Positions 26,079 to 38,879 of a stretch of 64,000 bases of DNA are shown here, one piece after another. Position numbers and translations under genes: made by a program. Position 1 is the stretch's first letter. Every line of letters starts with the position of its first letter. The notes below the pieces were generated by a model, which made no database searches, was not told where the DNA came from, and saw only the letters and a list, made by a program, of their open reading frames with translations. Source of the DNA: Aplysia californica (lineage: Eukaryota); assembly GCF_000002075.1 (NCBI RefSeq), contig NW_004797442.1, positions 108,250 to 172,249 of the forward strand. Direction: 5' to 3'.

Positions 26079-26095
26079 GGGAGCTCCAAAATTGA
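26079..26095 (+). CDS. MSRB1: MSRB1 terminal coding exon: (G)ELQN*
   Basis: Polypyrimidine TTTCAG acceptor, phase 1, stop TGA 26093-26095, immediately followed by the SECIS. Total CDS 330 nt = 109 aa, Sec at residue 93. Confidence 0.85.
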
Positions 26096-26111
26096 GTGCT
26101 ATAGAACACCA

Positions 26112-26203
26112 GATGACTTTCGACCAGGATCTATGACGTGCTGTGGCCCAACCCACCCATGGAAAGCCTCAGCATAGAAGCTTCTCCTGGATTCAGAGTC
26201 ATC
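26112..26203 (+). promoter_or_regulatory. SECIS element in the MSRB1 3' UTR
   Basis: ATGAC (26133) / AGAA (26176) core with tandem GA pairs. Helix II GTGCTGTGGC/GCCTCAGCAT. Apical CC-AA with a CCA/TGG mini-stem. Helix I CCAGGA/TCCTGG extended by GATGACTTT/AGAGTCATC. Confidence 0.85.
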
Positions 26204-26563
26204 AAACATCGACTATATAAATTAGAAACTAGCCTTGCTTAAAATGTTTGTGGCTTTTGGTTTTTGTCTTCTGTGTAAAAAGCCCAACAGATCTGTATCT
26301 CCCATTCAGGTCATACTTTTAAAAGTCACCAAAATGTGCTATAGGAGAAGTAGTAATGGTCTTAATCTTAGGCATAAAAGCACCCCACTTGAGGAAAAGG
26401 AAAGGGACTGCTGTCTGCGGTGAATTTGTGATCGTTACAAGCTGCCTTCTTTTGTTTACTTTTCACTCTTTACCAAGCAATCTAGGAAGGCCTATACTAT
26501 TAAATTAATATTGTAATGAACCTAAGGGTGGAGATTTCAAGCTCTTTGTTTTGATAATTACAT

Positions 26564-26735
26564 ACAGTATAACACGGATGGCTCGAATTCATCGGGACCG
26601 GCCTTGGTAGTTTGAGGGATCCATAGTTCGAGGGACATCTTACAAAGATAAAAAAGAAGAAAAAACGTCACCGCAGGCAAGGTTCGACGGATGCGTGATT
26701 TTGAGTCTTCTGTGTTCGACCTACACGTGTTATAC
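26564..26735. mobile_element. Short CAGTATAACAC MITE downstream of the SECIS
   Basis: TA|CAGTATAACACG...CGTGTTATACTG|TA. Relative at about 50990-51150. Confidence 0.75.
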
Positions 26736-28111
26736 TGTATCAAACTATTACTATTGCTGTTAAATTGCATGTCTTTTGAGTTTATCATACTCCACCGTAT
26801 ACACTTGTACATACATACAACCTTTCCTAGATATTGTTTATTAATCTTTTTAGTAAGAATTTGAAGTTTGTTTTCACTGAGGCAAATAAGCCCTCACTAA
26901 AGTCATCTGTTTATTTATCATTATTCATACATGCACTCTTACATCATTATGTATGGTATTTTCATAATCAAACACAAATTTGTAAGTTTAATTACTCAAC
27001 TTTGCTTTGTACTATGTATGAACAATGACAGAGGAAATACTTTATGTTTTGCTTTATTCTCTGAGCTGGAGTTTATTTTCTTGAACGCACATCTTTTTAG
27101 TAGTGTTATACTTTGTTTTTAATCATTATAAAAATAGATTGCATATGCAGCACCTTGTCTCTGCTGGAAAGTAGGCTCTATCATAGTTTTGCAATTTATT
27201 ACCCCTACAAGCCCTATAACTGTATGAAACATTATTAACCTCCTGTGAAGCTCTTGGTGCAAGCTGCCATTTTTCAGGAGCTTAACATTTATTATTCTGA
27301 TTTTCATTTACTTTCTGACAAAATCTTTCACTTTCTTAGCTGGGTACTCTTTCCCACCTGGATTAAGTAAGGAGAGCTTGTGTGGCGTCTTTCCCAAGAA
27401 TGCTTCAGGCCCAGACCTGGATTCCAACCTACTCCCCCACTTTTGCAAGTCTGACATGGGCAACCCTAGTCTATCAATACTTGTTTATGCCTTATAATTG
27501 TACAAACAATACCCACTCCGATTTTATTTGGTTCAGGGACATGGTTTTACCAGTGAATCTACAAGATCTCACTAATATACACGTATGATGTTGTTCATGT
27601 TTCACCAGTTTGTAAAAAGGAAATACAAGCTGGATGTTTTTTGTCCGTTTGTCATGAAGTGGAATTTTGTGCCCCTCTCAGCTTGATTTTTTAGGCAGCC
27701 GAGACATCTGTCTGAGTTAGACAAATGACATTCATCTTTGGCAGAATCATTGTGGTATGTAATGTACCATGAGAATTGCAAAGTCATTCTGGGTTCAAGA
27801 ATGGATTCGAAATAAGGTCACTGCTCCATAAAGAAATAGTATTATAGCTTGTTCACTTTTGTCTGTCCTCGTTAAAACAATTTTAGCTAATTTTTCTACT
27901 GTTTTACCAATGCGCCTGAAAGTTAGCAAACAAGCTACAGATCATCCCTTGTCTTACAAAGTGGCATGACAGTGACACAACATGACCATGATAAAGGGCA
28001 CATCTTAGATATTATGTATGTCTATCCTAAAATAATCAACATAAACATAACGGGGTTTTTTAAATTTTGCATTAATCTGTAAACCGTTGTTGGAAAGAGA
28101 GTGAGTGCCTT

Positions 28112-28150
<39 letters not shown>

Positions 28151-28175
28151 TTGAAATGTTTGATTTTTATCAATA

Positions 28176-29745
28176 CAGTCGAACCTACCTTAACTGAAAC
28201 CTGTGTAAAACGGAAATCTGTCTTAACAGAATCTCCCCGCTCCCCCCTTGTTATAGTTCTCTTTTAATTACCTGTATAAAGTATAAACCTGTTCAACCCC
28301 GAAATGGAAAGAAAAATACGCTCCCTTTTGAGGGTTTTACCTGTCTGAGATGGAAAATGCTTTGCCCGCTCAGCCCTGATTTGTAACAAAACTCGCAAGT
28401 CTGGTTCCACCAGCTCCATGCTGCTGGGCAAGGAAGAGGAATAGGGGTGCTATTTTGGGTGTAGGTGTTGCCCCATCCATGTAAGCCCTGAGCAATGAAG
28501 GTGATGTGGGTGTGAAATCTCACAAGTGCCAGTGAAAGTTTGAAGTGGCGCTCCAGCGTGGAAACTTTCATTGGTAGGCAGAAGCCAGAGGTGTGAAATT
28601 AGTTTGCCCAATGCCTGCCGCCCTGATTGTACAGCCAGCCGAGAAAAAGAGTTCCTCGAATTGTTACATGTCATTGTTTGACTGTGCTTGTTACTCTGAT
28701 GGGTGGAGCTAAGGGTGGAAGCAAAGGAGATGTTCAAACATTTTTGTTTTTAATACAGTGGAAACCATATACATGTATAATAGGCCCGGTAATAACAGGG
28801 ATTTTTAAAATCCCTGTTTTTTCCTACTCTTTGTCTCTATTAAAAGTTATCGGCAATAACAGGGCCTCATTGGAGCCCAACCGGTTATAGCACGGACAAA
28901 GGCTCGTTAACAATGAATAAAAAGTAAGAGAGAGAGAGAGTAACGCAGAGATGGAGCAAGCCCACGCAAGCCATGCCACTGCAAGCACACGCAGCGTGTG
29001 AAGTGAGAGAGGGCTGCGTTGTGCTGCAGACCTCGATCTCGTGAGAAACCTAGCAACACACAAGCGTAATGTGTCACCAACGATGTCAAGCGCTAGAGAA
29101 AATGCCTTTCAATGGACAAAAATACGAAATAATCCAGGCTGTTGACAAAAAGCAAGCTCCACTGGCAGAGATTTGTCGTCAGTTCGACATTCCACAAGGG
29201 TGGATTCACACCATTATCAAGGATAGAGAGAAGATAGTGGTAGCATACTCCAATGAAAAGTTTGCTCTGGATCGAAAGAAGATGAGACTACCCGATGCAG
29301 ATGCCGTGGACCAAACTCTTCTGATATGGTTTAAGGAGGCAAGGAGAAAATTGGTGCCAAAACCCCTGTTAGTGGGTACTTGTGGCCAGGGAAACTACCC
29401 ATGAATAAGTACAGCTGGATTAGTCCACAAATGCTTACTTTTACTTTCCTTTGCATTTTTTATTTAACAGGGATCAGATATAACGGGACCTTTTCTCTAC
29501 TCCCACCATCCTTGTTATATCAGGTTTCCACTGTAGGTCAATCAGCGGTCCTATGTGAAGTGCAAGCACTGGTTGTAATTATTGGATAAGTAAGACTGAC
29601 GCTTGTCATTATCAGAGAGGATAGCTTACTTGATTCCCACCGGCTGGGTCTTTGAACCCCCCCACCCCCCACCCATAAATTTCCCTGCCAAAGACTGAAT
29701 TTTTTTCTGGCTCCCTTGTGGTTCCGTCTTACCCAGGTTCGACTG
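28176..29745. mobile_element. CAGTCGAACC-family MITE carrying a nested Tigger derivative
   Basis: TA-flanked TIRs, homologous to 5902-6788. Confidence 0.9.
28756..29533 (+). mobile_element. Second copy of the pogo/Tigger CENP-B-HTH derivative
   Basis: Same TIRs and ORF (29069-29404) as 1792-2583. TA TSD. Confidence 0.92.
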
Positions 29746-30989
29746 TATAATAAATATATGATCATATTTATAGAGCTCTATTTAAAAGTTTACCCTGTCT
29801 TACTTCAGGGAAATTTGAATGACTATGCAGAGATGTCAGTGTAGTAGCATGTGGCAGTGAATTGTTTTCCAATGTACGACAGTGACTTCCAGTTTACTAA
29901 TAATTTGTTGTTACTGGTACAGTGAACAGTAACAGTGTTATTGATTTTCAGTTTGGTCTATTTCAACACTGTCAGGGGATAATTTGGGGTTGTTTTAACT
30001 GTTAAAATATGTCTGAAGCTGATGTTTACTTTAAAAGGGAGGTTCTGTATAGTTCAAAATGTTCTGTATAATAACTTTTTTGAATTATAGAGTGGACTGT
30101 ACTGTAACCAAGAAAGCAAAGAAAAAAATACTGAAGTCAGTGTGTCAAATGTTGCTTTCAACCTAAGGCAATTGATTTTTTCCATATATGTGTAAATACA
30201 AACAAGCATAGCAGACAGTTTTATTCATAGAAAGAAAGGAAACAGTGAAAAGTGCAAGCTGATTAATATTTCATTGTATTATACCTATACACCCTATAGA
30301 GTGTTTAACACAAAGCCGTTAAACATGAAATTCATGTTAGCATAGAATGATTTTAAACCCCATTTTTCCCCCTCTTTATTCTATGCACTGCAGCTTCAAT
30401 CAACATGATTGATCAACCCCATGTTTTGTTATAATTATATGCTTTTGTTCTTAACTGAGTAGTGTGGAAAACCGTCCAGTAAATAGCTACAACCTCCCTT
30501 GAACCTCATTCTGTCTGATCTAGGCATCCATTCCATCAGAGGTTGAAAATAAATGTTTGGAGTTTTTTTGAGGTTTTTTTAATTTCCAAGGATTGGCAGC
30601 TATGATGCGTTATTAATGACTAAAAATAGGGTACACAATCATCTATCTATCTGATCTCATCTGATCTGAACAGTAAAAAAGGAGTCACCTTTCCTTATTT
30701 TTTTATTCTCTATTCCATAAGACTGTGCTTAACTCTTCACTCTTTTATAAGCATGAGGTGGATGATCCTGAGGAGGGGGGAGCTATGAACATGTACCATC
30801 TGTGATAATCCCAGTCTTGCACTTGCAGTAGAAGTTGTAGTACAAATAGACTCTATTTATATTTAACATGAAATCAACTTATTTAATACATAGAAATTTT
30901 CTGGTCTCATGATGTTCATGTTTGTACCTTTATTTATCAGGGTTTTACTGTATCTTTTATTTATACCACATGTTTAAGTTTAAGTGCGT

Positions 30990-31420
30990 ATAAGATAAGA
31001 TACATCTTTATTGTCCAGATCCTGGCACATTGGTTTGGTGTTCCACCACGAGTACACACACACACACACACGTACCCACGTGCACGCTTATGCACACACA
31101 AGTAGGCTTACAATCACATACATAATATAAATGAGCAGCAATATAAACAATAATAATCGTAAGCTAGATACACACTCAATGTTATTTTGATGCATGCTCT
31201 AAGGTCGTAAGTACACTAAACAAGATGGTTAAGATGGAAGCATTTTGATAGATGATGGTAAAAATGACCTTCTGTATCTTTCTTTGTTACAGATCAGAAG
31301 CATGGGTCTTTTACTTCTGACTGATGTTTTTATTTGAGGGAACAAGGGATGTTTGTTGTCTAAAAAGATGGAATTAATTTTCTTAGTGCAAGCTGTTATG
31401 TACAATTCATCCGAGTAGGG
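30990..31420 (-). mobile_element. Degraded LINE 3' end (probable)
   Basis: Minus-strand AATAAA followed by a TCTTA-repeat tail; upstream region resembles a decayed LINE ORF2 C-terminus. Confidence 0.45.
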
Positions 31421-34312
31421 GAAAGAAGATGTTGAAATTTTACATGCTTTCCGTATGAAACTGAAAAGTCAGTAACAATTTCTGTTCGCCTGGTGGTAGT
31501 TCTTATTTTATTTTTGTTCTTGCCAGTTTTAAAAATCCTGCCTCCTTGATGTTTCTATGTATTTGAACTCTTATTTTTCTACAGGAAATATTGTGGTTTT
31601 AATAAAAGTTTGGTATTTTCACCTCTGCACTAATTCAGTTTTCTAAGTTATTTCTTTGTATTTGATTTTCATAATAATTTTGGCAAATCTAGACCAGAAA
31701 GTTGAGAAAGCTACTACAGTCGCTGCCTGAAAGTGATACATGTATTAGCAGTGTCCGATCAGCCTTTTATTACACTGTAGAGTAAATCCAGGCCTTTTAA
31801 AAATTTTTGTTCTACCGACCCCAATCGCGGCTGTTCACTGTTTCGCACAGAATGGAAAGGAAGCCTTATCAAGTGTTTAACACTCTGTTAAATGAAATCC
31901 GAAATATCTGTTTTATTAACCCATAAATAAAGTTCGTTGTGGGAGAAAAATGAGCGAAGCCACATCCACACTGGCTGTTCGCCCTGGAAGTAGTGGAAGC
32001 GACCGCGTTGAATCCGAGCTGGCTGATTTAAGTGCTCATTGAATCCGGGTTATTTTAGGGATTTTAAAGAAGGGAAAAAAAAAACGGGGAATACATCTCA
32101 TCTCGTTGAATCCGAGCTCCACTGTATAAACAAGTGCTTACACTCTCAGTGACTCTGACTCAGGTGCACACATGGAACTATTTTTGTGTATAATCTCAGC
32201 ATTTTTGTCACTTATCCTTTACTTCACTTCTTTGGTCAAGAGAGGAAACCATTTCAAGAAGTATGAGAAAGACAAATTTGACACCATTCAAATTCAAACC
32301 TTGATTTTCAACCAGACAGATCAAGAGATCAAGTTCGTAACCTACGGTGCCATGCAGCCTAGTTTGTGTCTAGTAAAGCAAATAGAATGCATGCAAAAAC
32401 AAAGCCTGAACAATTCATCTATAGACAAGAGTGTTTCTACAGACTTGGCTCTAATTATGGGCCATAGACTGAACTCTGAGAATTCAAACTCATGATTGCA
32501 TAAATTGTGTTCAGAATTCAGAACAACAAATGGAATAGATCTACAGTCAGGCACAAATAACTCAAACATGTCTGGGATTGACAAATATGTTTGACTCATC
32601 CATAATTTCTGTTAACCAATATAATGAAAAAATAGAGATATCAGTTGGGGAATTCACAAATTGTACGAGCTATTTATTATTTTGGGTTATTCCGTGTTAA
32701 GTGTTATCTGGGCCCAACTGTATTATCTTCATCATCCCAAAAAATACACCTAATTCCTTCACCACTCTAATTTATTAGAATTAGATTTTTAAAAGCAATT
32801 TTCAAAGAACAAAAACTGGCTTATCTCATATGAACAAAAATAAAAGTGGGACAAAAATTATTTTTAAAAATCAAACATCTGAAGTAGATATTAACAGATA
32901 CAGCAATTTTATTTTGTCATTTTTATAGAACTGTATAGATATATAATAGCAATTATAATAGACTGCACTTTTTATACTCCTAACATATCCATACACTTGA
33001 AAGAAGATGCTATGGGTTTAACAACACCACTTATCAAGCTTGATATATTTATTTGTTTGTTGATTAATCTATTTGAACATAAATAAAATAAGTCAGACAG
33101 GCGCTCATTTTTGCCAAACAAGTGATACTGAGAGGTGGTGTATGGCCAGCAAGCACAACAACAACTATATTTCAATTTCAACAGGAACAAATAAAGACAA
33201 TAAAGAGGCAGACAACACCAAAGCATCCATCAACCCCCACCAGGACATTTGTCAACACTATAGCCCAATACTTTCTCAAAAGACTCTTTGACTTTGACTT
33301 GTTACATCACACATTTTAAAAAAAACAAGAAAAACCCCCCAAAGAAATACAACTAATGCAGTAGGCCCTACCAATACAAGATTCAAACTTTGAGAAACTA
33401 GATACTGATAAAAGTGTACTGCATTTAGTACAAACAGTTTCAGCTAGACCAACACTGACTTTTCATCTTCAACCACCAAGCAAAGTCAAAGAGTGCACTA
33501 TTTTCCCTCTGCTCCTTTGGTACAGAACCTTGCTTATGTTGACATCAGTTGGCTGCCATTTTCATGCGCTTATCAGGGAGGGTCAACTCAAAGTCAACTA
33601 CGATGCCTCTGCTGGCTATGTTTACACCTCCCTCTCCTGACTTTTGCCCATCCCACCACCCTCTCCTTTGTCCCTACATATGCTGACAGGGACATCCTTT
33701 CAATTTCATAACAGACAACACACAGGACACAATAGGCTAGTAAGCCAACTTCAGAAAACACCCACCCCGATTTAGGGGGAGAGGTACTCCCAAACAACCC
33801 CCATACCAGCATGAGCACACAGGGCCATCAGAGTCACTCTTCCTGTTCTTCCTTTCCTCGATACACATAGTTTCAACACAGGTTCAGGCCACATTTTACC
33901 AATCCCCACTTCTTTCTCCAAGACGCATGCATGTTCACACACACATTGTCACCACCCTCAAACTTTCTTTCCCAAACTCATCAATTTGGGAATCTGTATA
34001 TGTGTCCACAACCTTACAAGAACCCCCATGTTTTGTAAGATAGGTCTAACCACACTTCCCAGTGGCACAGTGTCAAGTTAGACGCTGACAATGAGGGGAA
34101 AGGACAATTTATGTCATTCTAGGATGTGTAAATTGCTCTTCTTATCGGTTCTAATTTCCTCTGCAAACCACATGAACCCAATCTCAACATCAAAGCTGCT
34201 GAAACTAGTAGTAGGGTTTCCTTTTCAGCAAATTTCATTCCAATTCTGGAAGGAAGTATGGCTATATATAAATGCTGCGTACATTTAGATGTGAAGGCAA
34301 CATGTCATCAGA

Positions 34313-34449
34313 TCAGGTCTGTGCCTTGCCCTTCTCTGCCAGCCAAGCTTCAGGTTTGTCCAGCCAGAGTTGATAGCTGGCGCGCCACATGAACCTCTTT
34401 ATAGTGCCACATAAGAGACAGGTCACCACTGTGTGTGGCTCTGAGGTAC
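34313..34449 (-). CDS. RPP21: RPP21 terminal coding exon: (S)TSEPHTVVTCLLCGTIKRFMWRASYQLWLDKPEAWLAEKGKAQT*
   Basis: Second CxxC plus KRF and LWxDxPEA motifs. TTCCAG acceptor. Total CDS 387 nt = 128 aa. Confidence 0.95.
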
Positions 34450-34510
34450 CTGGAAGATGCAAAACAGATAGTTAAGAACTATAAAGAATGTACACATATA
34501 TTATATTATA

Positions 34511-34956
34511 TGTGAGGCAGCGTGGTGGAATCAGGCTCTCGTCAATTTTTAGGCATGTAAAGTTATTGGTATCATCTTAAAGCTTGTTCACTTGTCTTCA
34601 TTTGGATGCAAAAAATATCCATTTATCTTGAATACAAGTCGATATATTTGCAAAAGAAGGAGGTGAGGGTCACCTGTTTTCAGAGGTAAAATTAGTGAGA
34701 AAATGACCGCCAAAGATTAGTTATTTCCTTAGCTTAAGATTAAGAGTCCGTGGTAACTGAAGATTTACATTTTTTATGCCTTTAATCAACGCTTTTCGGA
34801 AAAATCCACACAGAAATGAGTTCTTTAAAGGGCATGAAAGGTGTTGTGCCAAAAAACAAAAATTTGATAAAAATTCACAAAAAAATTGCGGAAAAATGCA
34901 AGTTTCTTCACTTTGATTATTTTGACGAGAGCCTCATTCCACCACGCTGCCTCACA
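34511..34956. mobile_element. MITE in RPP21 intron 3
   Basis: TIR TGTGAGGCAGCGTGGTGGAATCAGGCTCTCGTCAA with TA flanks. A related element follows from 34959 and matches about 13735-14110. Confidence 0.8.
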
Positions 34957-35353
34957 TATGTGTCAATACGTGGTGGAATCAGGCGCTCGTCAATTTCTGG
35001 ACATGTAGAGTTACTGGTATCATTTTAAAGCTTGTTCATTTGTCTTGCTGTCGGTGAAAAAAATTCCCATCTAACTTGAACAGAAGTCGAGATATTAGAG
35101 ATTAAAGGTGAGGTCGCCTCGTTTCAAAGGTAGAATTAGCTAGAAAATAGCCGCCAAAGATTGGTTATTTCCATAGCTTGATAGTCGGAGGAAACTGAAA
35201 ACTTACATTTTTTGTGCCTTTAACTCATTCGCTACGTATTATTTTCAGCTTGTGAACAAAGTTTTTTCGGCAGGGCGAAATGAGACGGTGACTAGTGCGC
35301 AGTTCAAAGGTCTTTGGGGCCACATATTCAAATAAATATCAACATATTATATA

Positions 35354-36145
35354 CAGTGGAATCCTGATATAACGAGAGGGAGGGAGCAAAATGTCCGTTA
35401 TAGCAGGATTCTCACTATAATAAGGGATCCAGTAATAAATTCAAGGGAAACTGTAAAGTAGGCCTAATCTATGATTTTGGTGTTCTGTTTTTCCTTTTGC
35501 TATCTCCCCTGATGACGATTTTGTTTCAACATGACCTCTAGGTCTTGATCAAAAATCAAATCAGGTTTGTTTCTCTAGCGCTAGATCTAGCGATGTGGAC
35601 TGACATCTCGGCGTTGGCGATCAGAAAGAAAGGGCTCTGGGCTAACTCGCCCGCTGTGTTTTCCCCCCACCCCATCCCACCATGTGGTGCATTCTGTCTG
35701 CTTGCGCACTTCACACATTCGCTCCATCCATCACATTGCTGTGACCTCTCCATCCCCGCATCGGAGAAGTGAGAGGCATGGCAGGCCTTGATAATCTAAA
35801 CTGGCCTATCACGCGATGCATTCTGCCTGTCTTCGCATGCCACACCCTTCCTACTCAGTTGCTCCGGCCTTCATTGTTGACGCACATGGGCTCTCCTATT
35901 CTTTGTTTCGCAAGATCAGCAACAAGTTTCTCAACTGGCGAGGTCTTGCATTATGTATAATTGGCCTATGCCATATGCACAGCAGCAGCAATATTCCACT
36001 ACAACAGACTTGCAAGTTTGTCTGATAGCGCTATAGCAGTATTTTGTTTACAAAGGTAAAGAGGAGAAAAAAACAGGGCTTTAGAATAGTGCCTTTATAA
36101 CAGACTTCTCGTTTTTTCCGGACTCGTTATAAGTGGACTCCATTG
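35354..36145. mobile_element. CAGTGGAGTCC-family MITE (inverted relative to 12627-13429)
   Basis: TA TSD. The empty site is visible at about 13850-13870. Confidence 0.9.
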
Positions 36146-36880
36146 TACCAAAATTTTCAGTATGGTTTGTAGAATACATCTGTAATGTTTGTTTGTGTAT
36201 TTTTCAACTTTGGTTCCTGTAAGAGGCGATTATGCAACACAATTTTGCTCGAATGCAGATAAACTTTGAAAATAAAGAATTAATTATAACAATCTTCGGT
36301 GTAACTCAAAAGATATGTTTGCACCAAGTCAAATGATACATCAAAATAACCATAAATGAATATAGAACTGGAAAATATTGAAAAATTTGAAGTTATTTAA
36401 TTCTACAAAATGTGTACTTTTGGATCGTTTTACTTTATCTAAGACAACTCTCCAAGAAACAAATGCCTTGCGGACAGAATACAGGTGCATCCATTTCACC
36501 ATGTACCAGGGTCATCAATAGGTGACACAATTCATGCTCTCATCTTTAAGTTTCAAAATTAATACACTTGATCAGCTGATGTTATCATAGCAGTACAATG
36601 TTACACAACGAACTTGATTCACAAGGATCATGGAACATCTAACATCCATACACGACTCATGGGGGATAAAATAAAGTTAGTGAAAAACTTGGCTATGGCA
36701 ACTCAAATTTTCCAACAGGAACAAAAAAATCATCCTTTTCGAGAAACGACATAATCCTATCCAAAGGTGAAATGCAATCATCGTGTCTTTTCACCCTACC
36801 TCAGTCCAAAAGTTTGTGAAAACAATGTATCATTTTCAAAATATTTACGTTGTTAACAAAAAATTCTGTAGGCTACTTAC

Positions 36881-36963
36881 TTCTTGACCTTATTCTGCAT
36901 GTTTGTCCTGACAGAAGAATCACATTGCAATGTTTGCAGTAGGTCCTTTTTATGGCAGGATGA
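36881..36963 (-). CDS. RPP21: RPP21 coding exon 3: (I)HPAIKRTYCKHCNVILLSGQTCRIRSR
   Basis: KRTxCxxC first Zn-ribbon pair. TTTCAG acceptor, GTAAGT donor. Confidence 0.95.
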
Positions 36964-37561
36964 CTGAAACATAAAAATAAAGAAGAGAACTGATTAATCC
37001 ATTGACAACCAGTGAAACTAAAACAAAACTGCTTATATTAAGTTGTAAGTTTGAGGTCTAAGCTAGACTATTATATTTCACAAGTGAGAAGTTATCTTAA
37101 AACAAACGAAACATTTCAATAATATAAAAAATCTTAGCAAGGACTCATGAAAGGCCTCAACATCAATTCAAGTAAGAAAAACACATAACAGAAGTAGTAT
37201 GCTATATGTCAGGTCATTTCTGAGCTTGAGACTTGAAACTATTTTTTACCATGTTACATCATGAAATGCAGTTGATACAAACATGTCAAACAGCCCACTG
37301 GCCACCTGAAAAAAAGTGGGGCTGCTAACAAATTAAAAAAACCTTCAGTCAAGTTTTCACAATCATTTCACTTGGACTTTGATCGAGTCATACTATCCTC
37401 AAACCCCTGTCTGTACTGAACAGCTATTTCAAAGCTTAAACCTTCAAACAGAGCATGAAGAATAAAACAATATCTCCTTTCCAGCCTCCCTAATCTTATG
37501 ATACAATTTGTCTTGCAAACAACACTTGGAAACACCCAAACAGCAAAAAGAAGTAACTCAC

Positions 37562-37662
37562 ATTCTAATGACATGTTTCTCCGCCACAGTTCGCATAGTC
37601 GAGATGTAATATCTGCAAAGGCCATAGTTGCTTGGATCTTGCTTGAGTACCAGTTTTGCAGC
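37562..37662 (-). CDS. RPP21: RPP21 coding exon 2: AAKLVLKQDPSNYGLCRYYISTMRTVAEKHVIR
   Basis: Resembles the Rpp21 AAxxVLxQDP...RxY helix. TAG acceptor, GTGAGT donor, phase 2. Confidence 0.93.
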
Positions 37663-38501
37663 CTAGGTGAAACATAAATTTATTGATTTCAATGAATTCT
37701 AGAGGTAAAATTCAAAGACATACACTTTATCAATACTGTAAGTAGAATAGTATTGTTACTCTGCAATTAGATCACCTTGAACTTCCAAACTTTCCAGCAG
37801 TAGTAAAAGATAGAACTATATAGGCTGTGGATGTTTCAGACATGCATCAAAGACATGATAGCTTTATTGCCCACATCTACACACACTCTGACTACGTTGC
37901 CAAGGATACATGCACAGCGTAACTTTGGATGAGTGACATGCTCTGACTAAATGGATAAGTCACAAAGTCGTCAAAAAGAGCTGCAAGTGAGGCATTACTA
38001 CGACAAGAACATAGTGAAAGCAACTGCAAGCAAACAATATTTTATCCCTCAAAAGGCACCTGTCTCGATGCATCTCAAAGCTGGGGCTCTTGGATGATTG
38101 AGGTCCCAAACAAAAAAAAGACAAGGACATGATGGAAGTCGATTTCAGAATAATAGGCTACGTAATCTCTTAAATGGTACATGCAATGTACCTTGCAGTC
38201 TCAGAAATCAGACTCATCGACACTTCATAAAACAATTAAAGCCATTAAAACACCCAAACGTCAACTGAACTTGTAAACATATAACCTTGGAACCGAAAGC
38301 TTGTTTTACAAGCAGCCCCAGCTGATCTATCTCTGTGAGACATGAATAGCAATGTTATAGCGCTGCTCACCATTATAATGTGATGGGTCTATCAGAGATG
38401 CGGCTTATTTTATCTAATTATCTGACACTCAAGAAGTAATATTGAGCATGTGTACAAGGGTGGGCAGTGAACACGTGTGAAGAAATTCTAAAGCCTTATA
38501 T

Positions 38502-38506
<5 letters not shown>

Positions 38507-38571
<65 letters not shown>
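38507..38571. repeat. (GT)n microsatellite
   Basis: Direct reading. Confidence 0.95.
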
Positions 38572-38575
<4 letters not shown>

Positions 38576-38639
38576 CGCCAGGGGCATGGATGGCCAGCAA
38601 AGATGCCATTTTACAACAACATGATAAATTGTCCTCGTC

Positions 38640-38875
38640 AACGATATCATCATCAATGCCTTTCACCCCTGGCTGGGAATAGGCCACATACAAGCTCCTT
38701 CCATTTATCTCTGTCCTTAGTCATCCTTCCAAGCTCATTCCAAGTGAGCTTCATTTCTCTCATGTCCCTGTCCATGCATCTCCTCCAAGTTTCCCGTGGC
38801 CTACCCCTGCCTCATGCTCATTGTGGGTTCCACTACAGTGACTGTCTTGTGATGTTTCCGCTGGGCATAACCACA
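38640..38875 (-). mobile_element. RTE LINE 3' fragment
   Basis: Minus strand reads GRPRETWRR..., then a GATGAT tail, like the end of the 54202-56283 element. Confidence 0.75.
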
Positions 38876-38879
38876 ATAT

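Noticed and set aside
37368-37625. 85-aa ORF in the track
   Set aside because: Wrong frame; the real coding sequence is RPP21 exon 2 in another frame.
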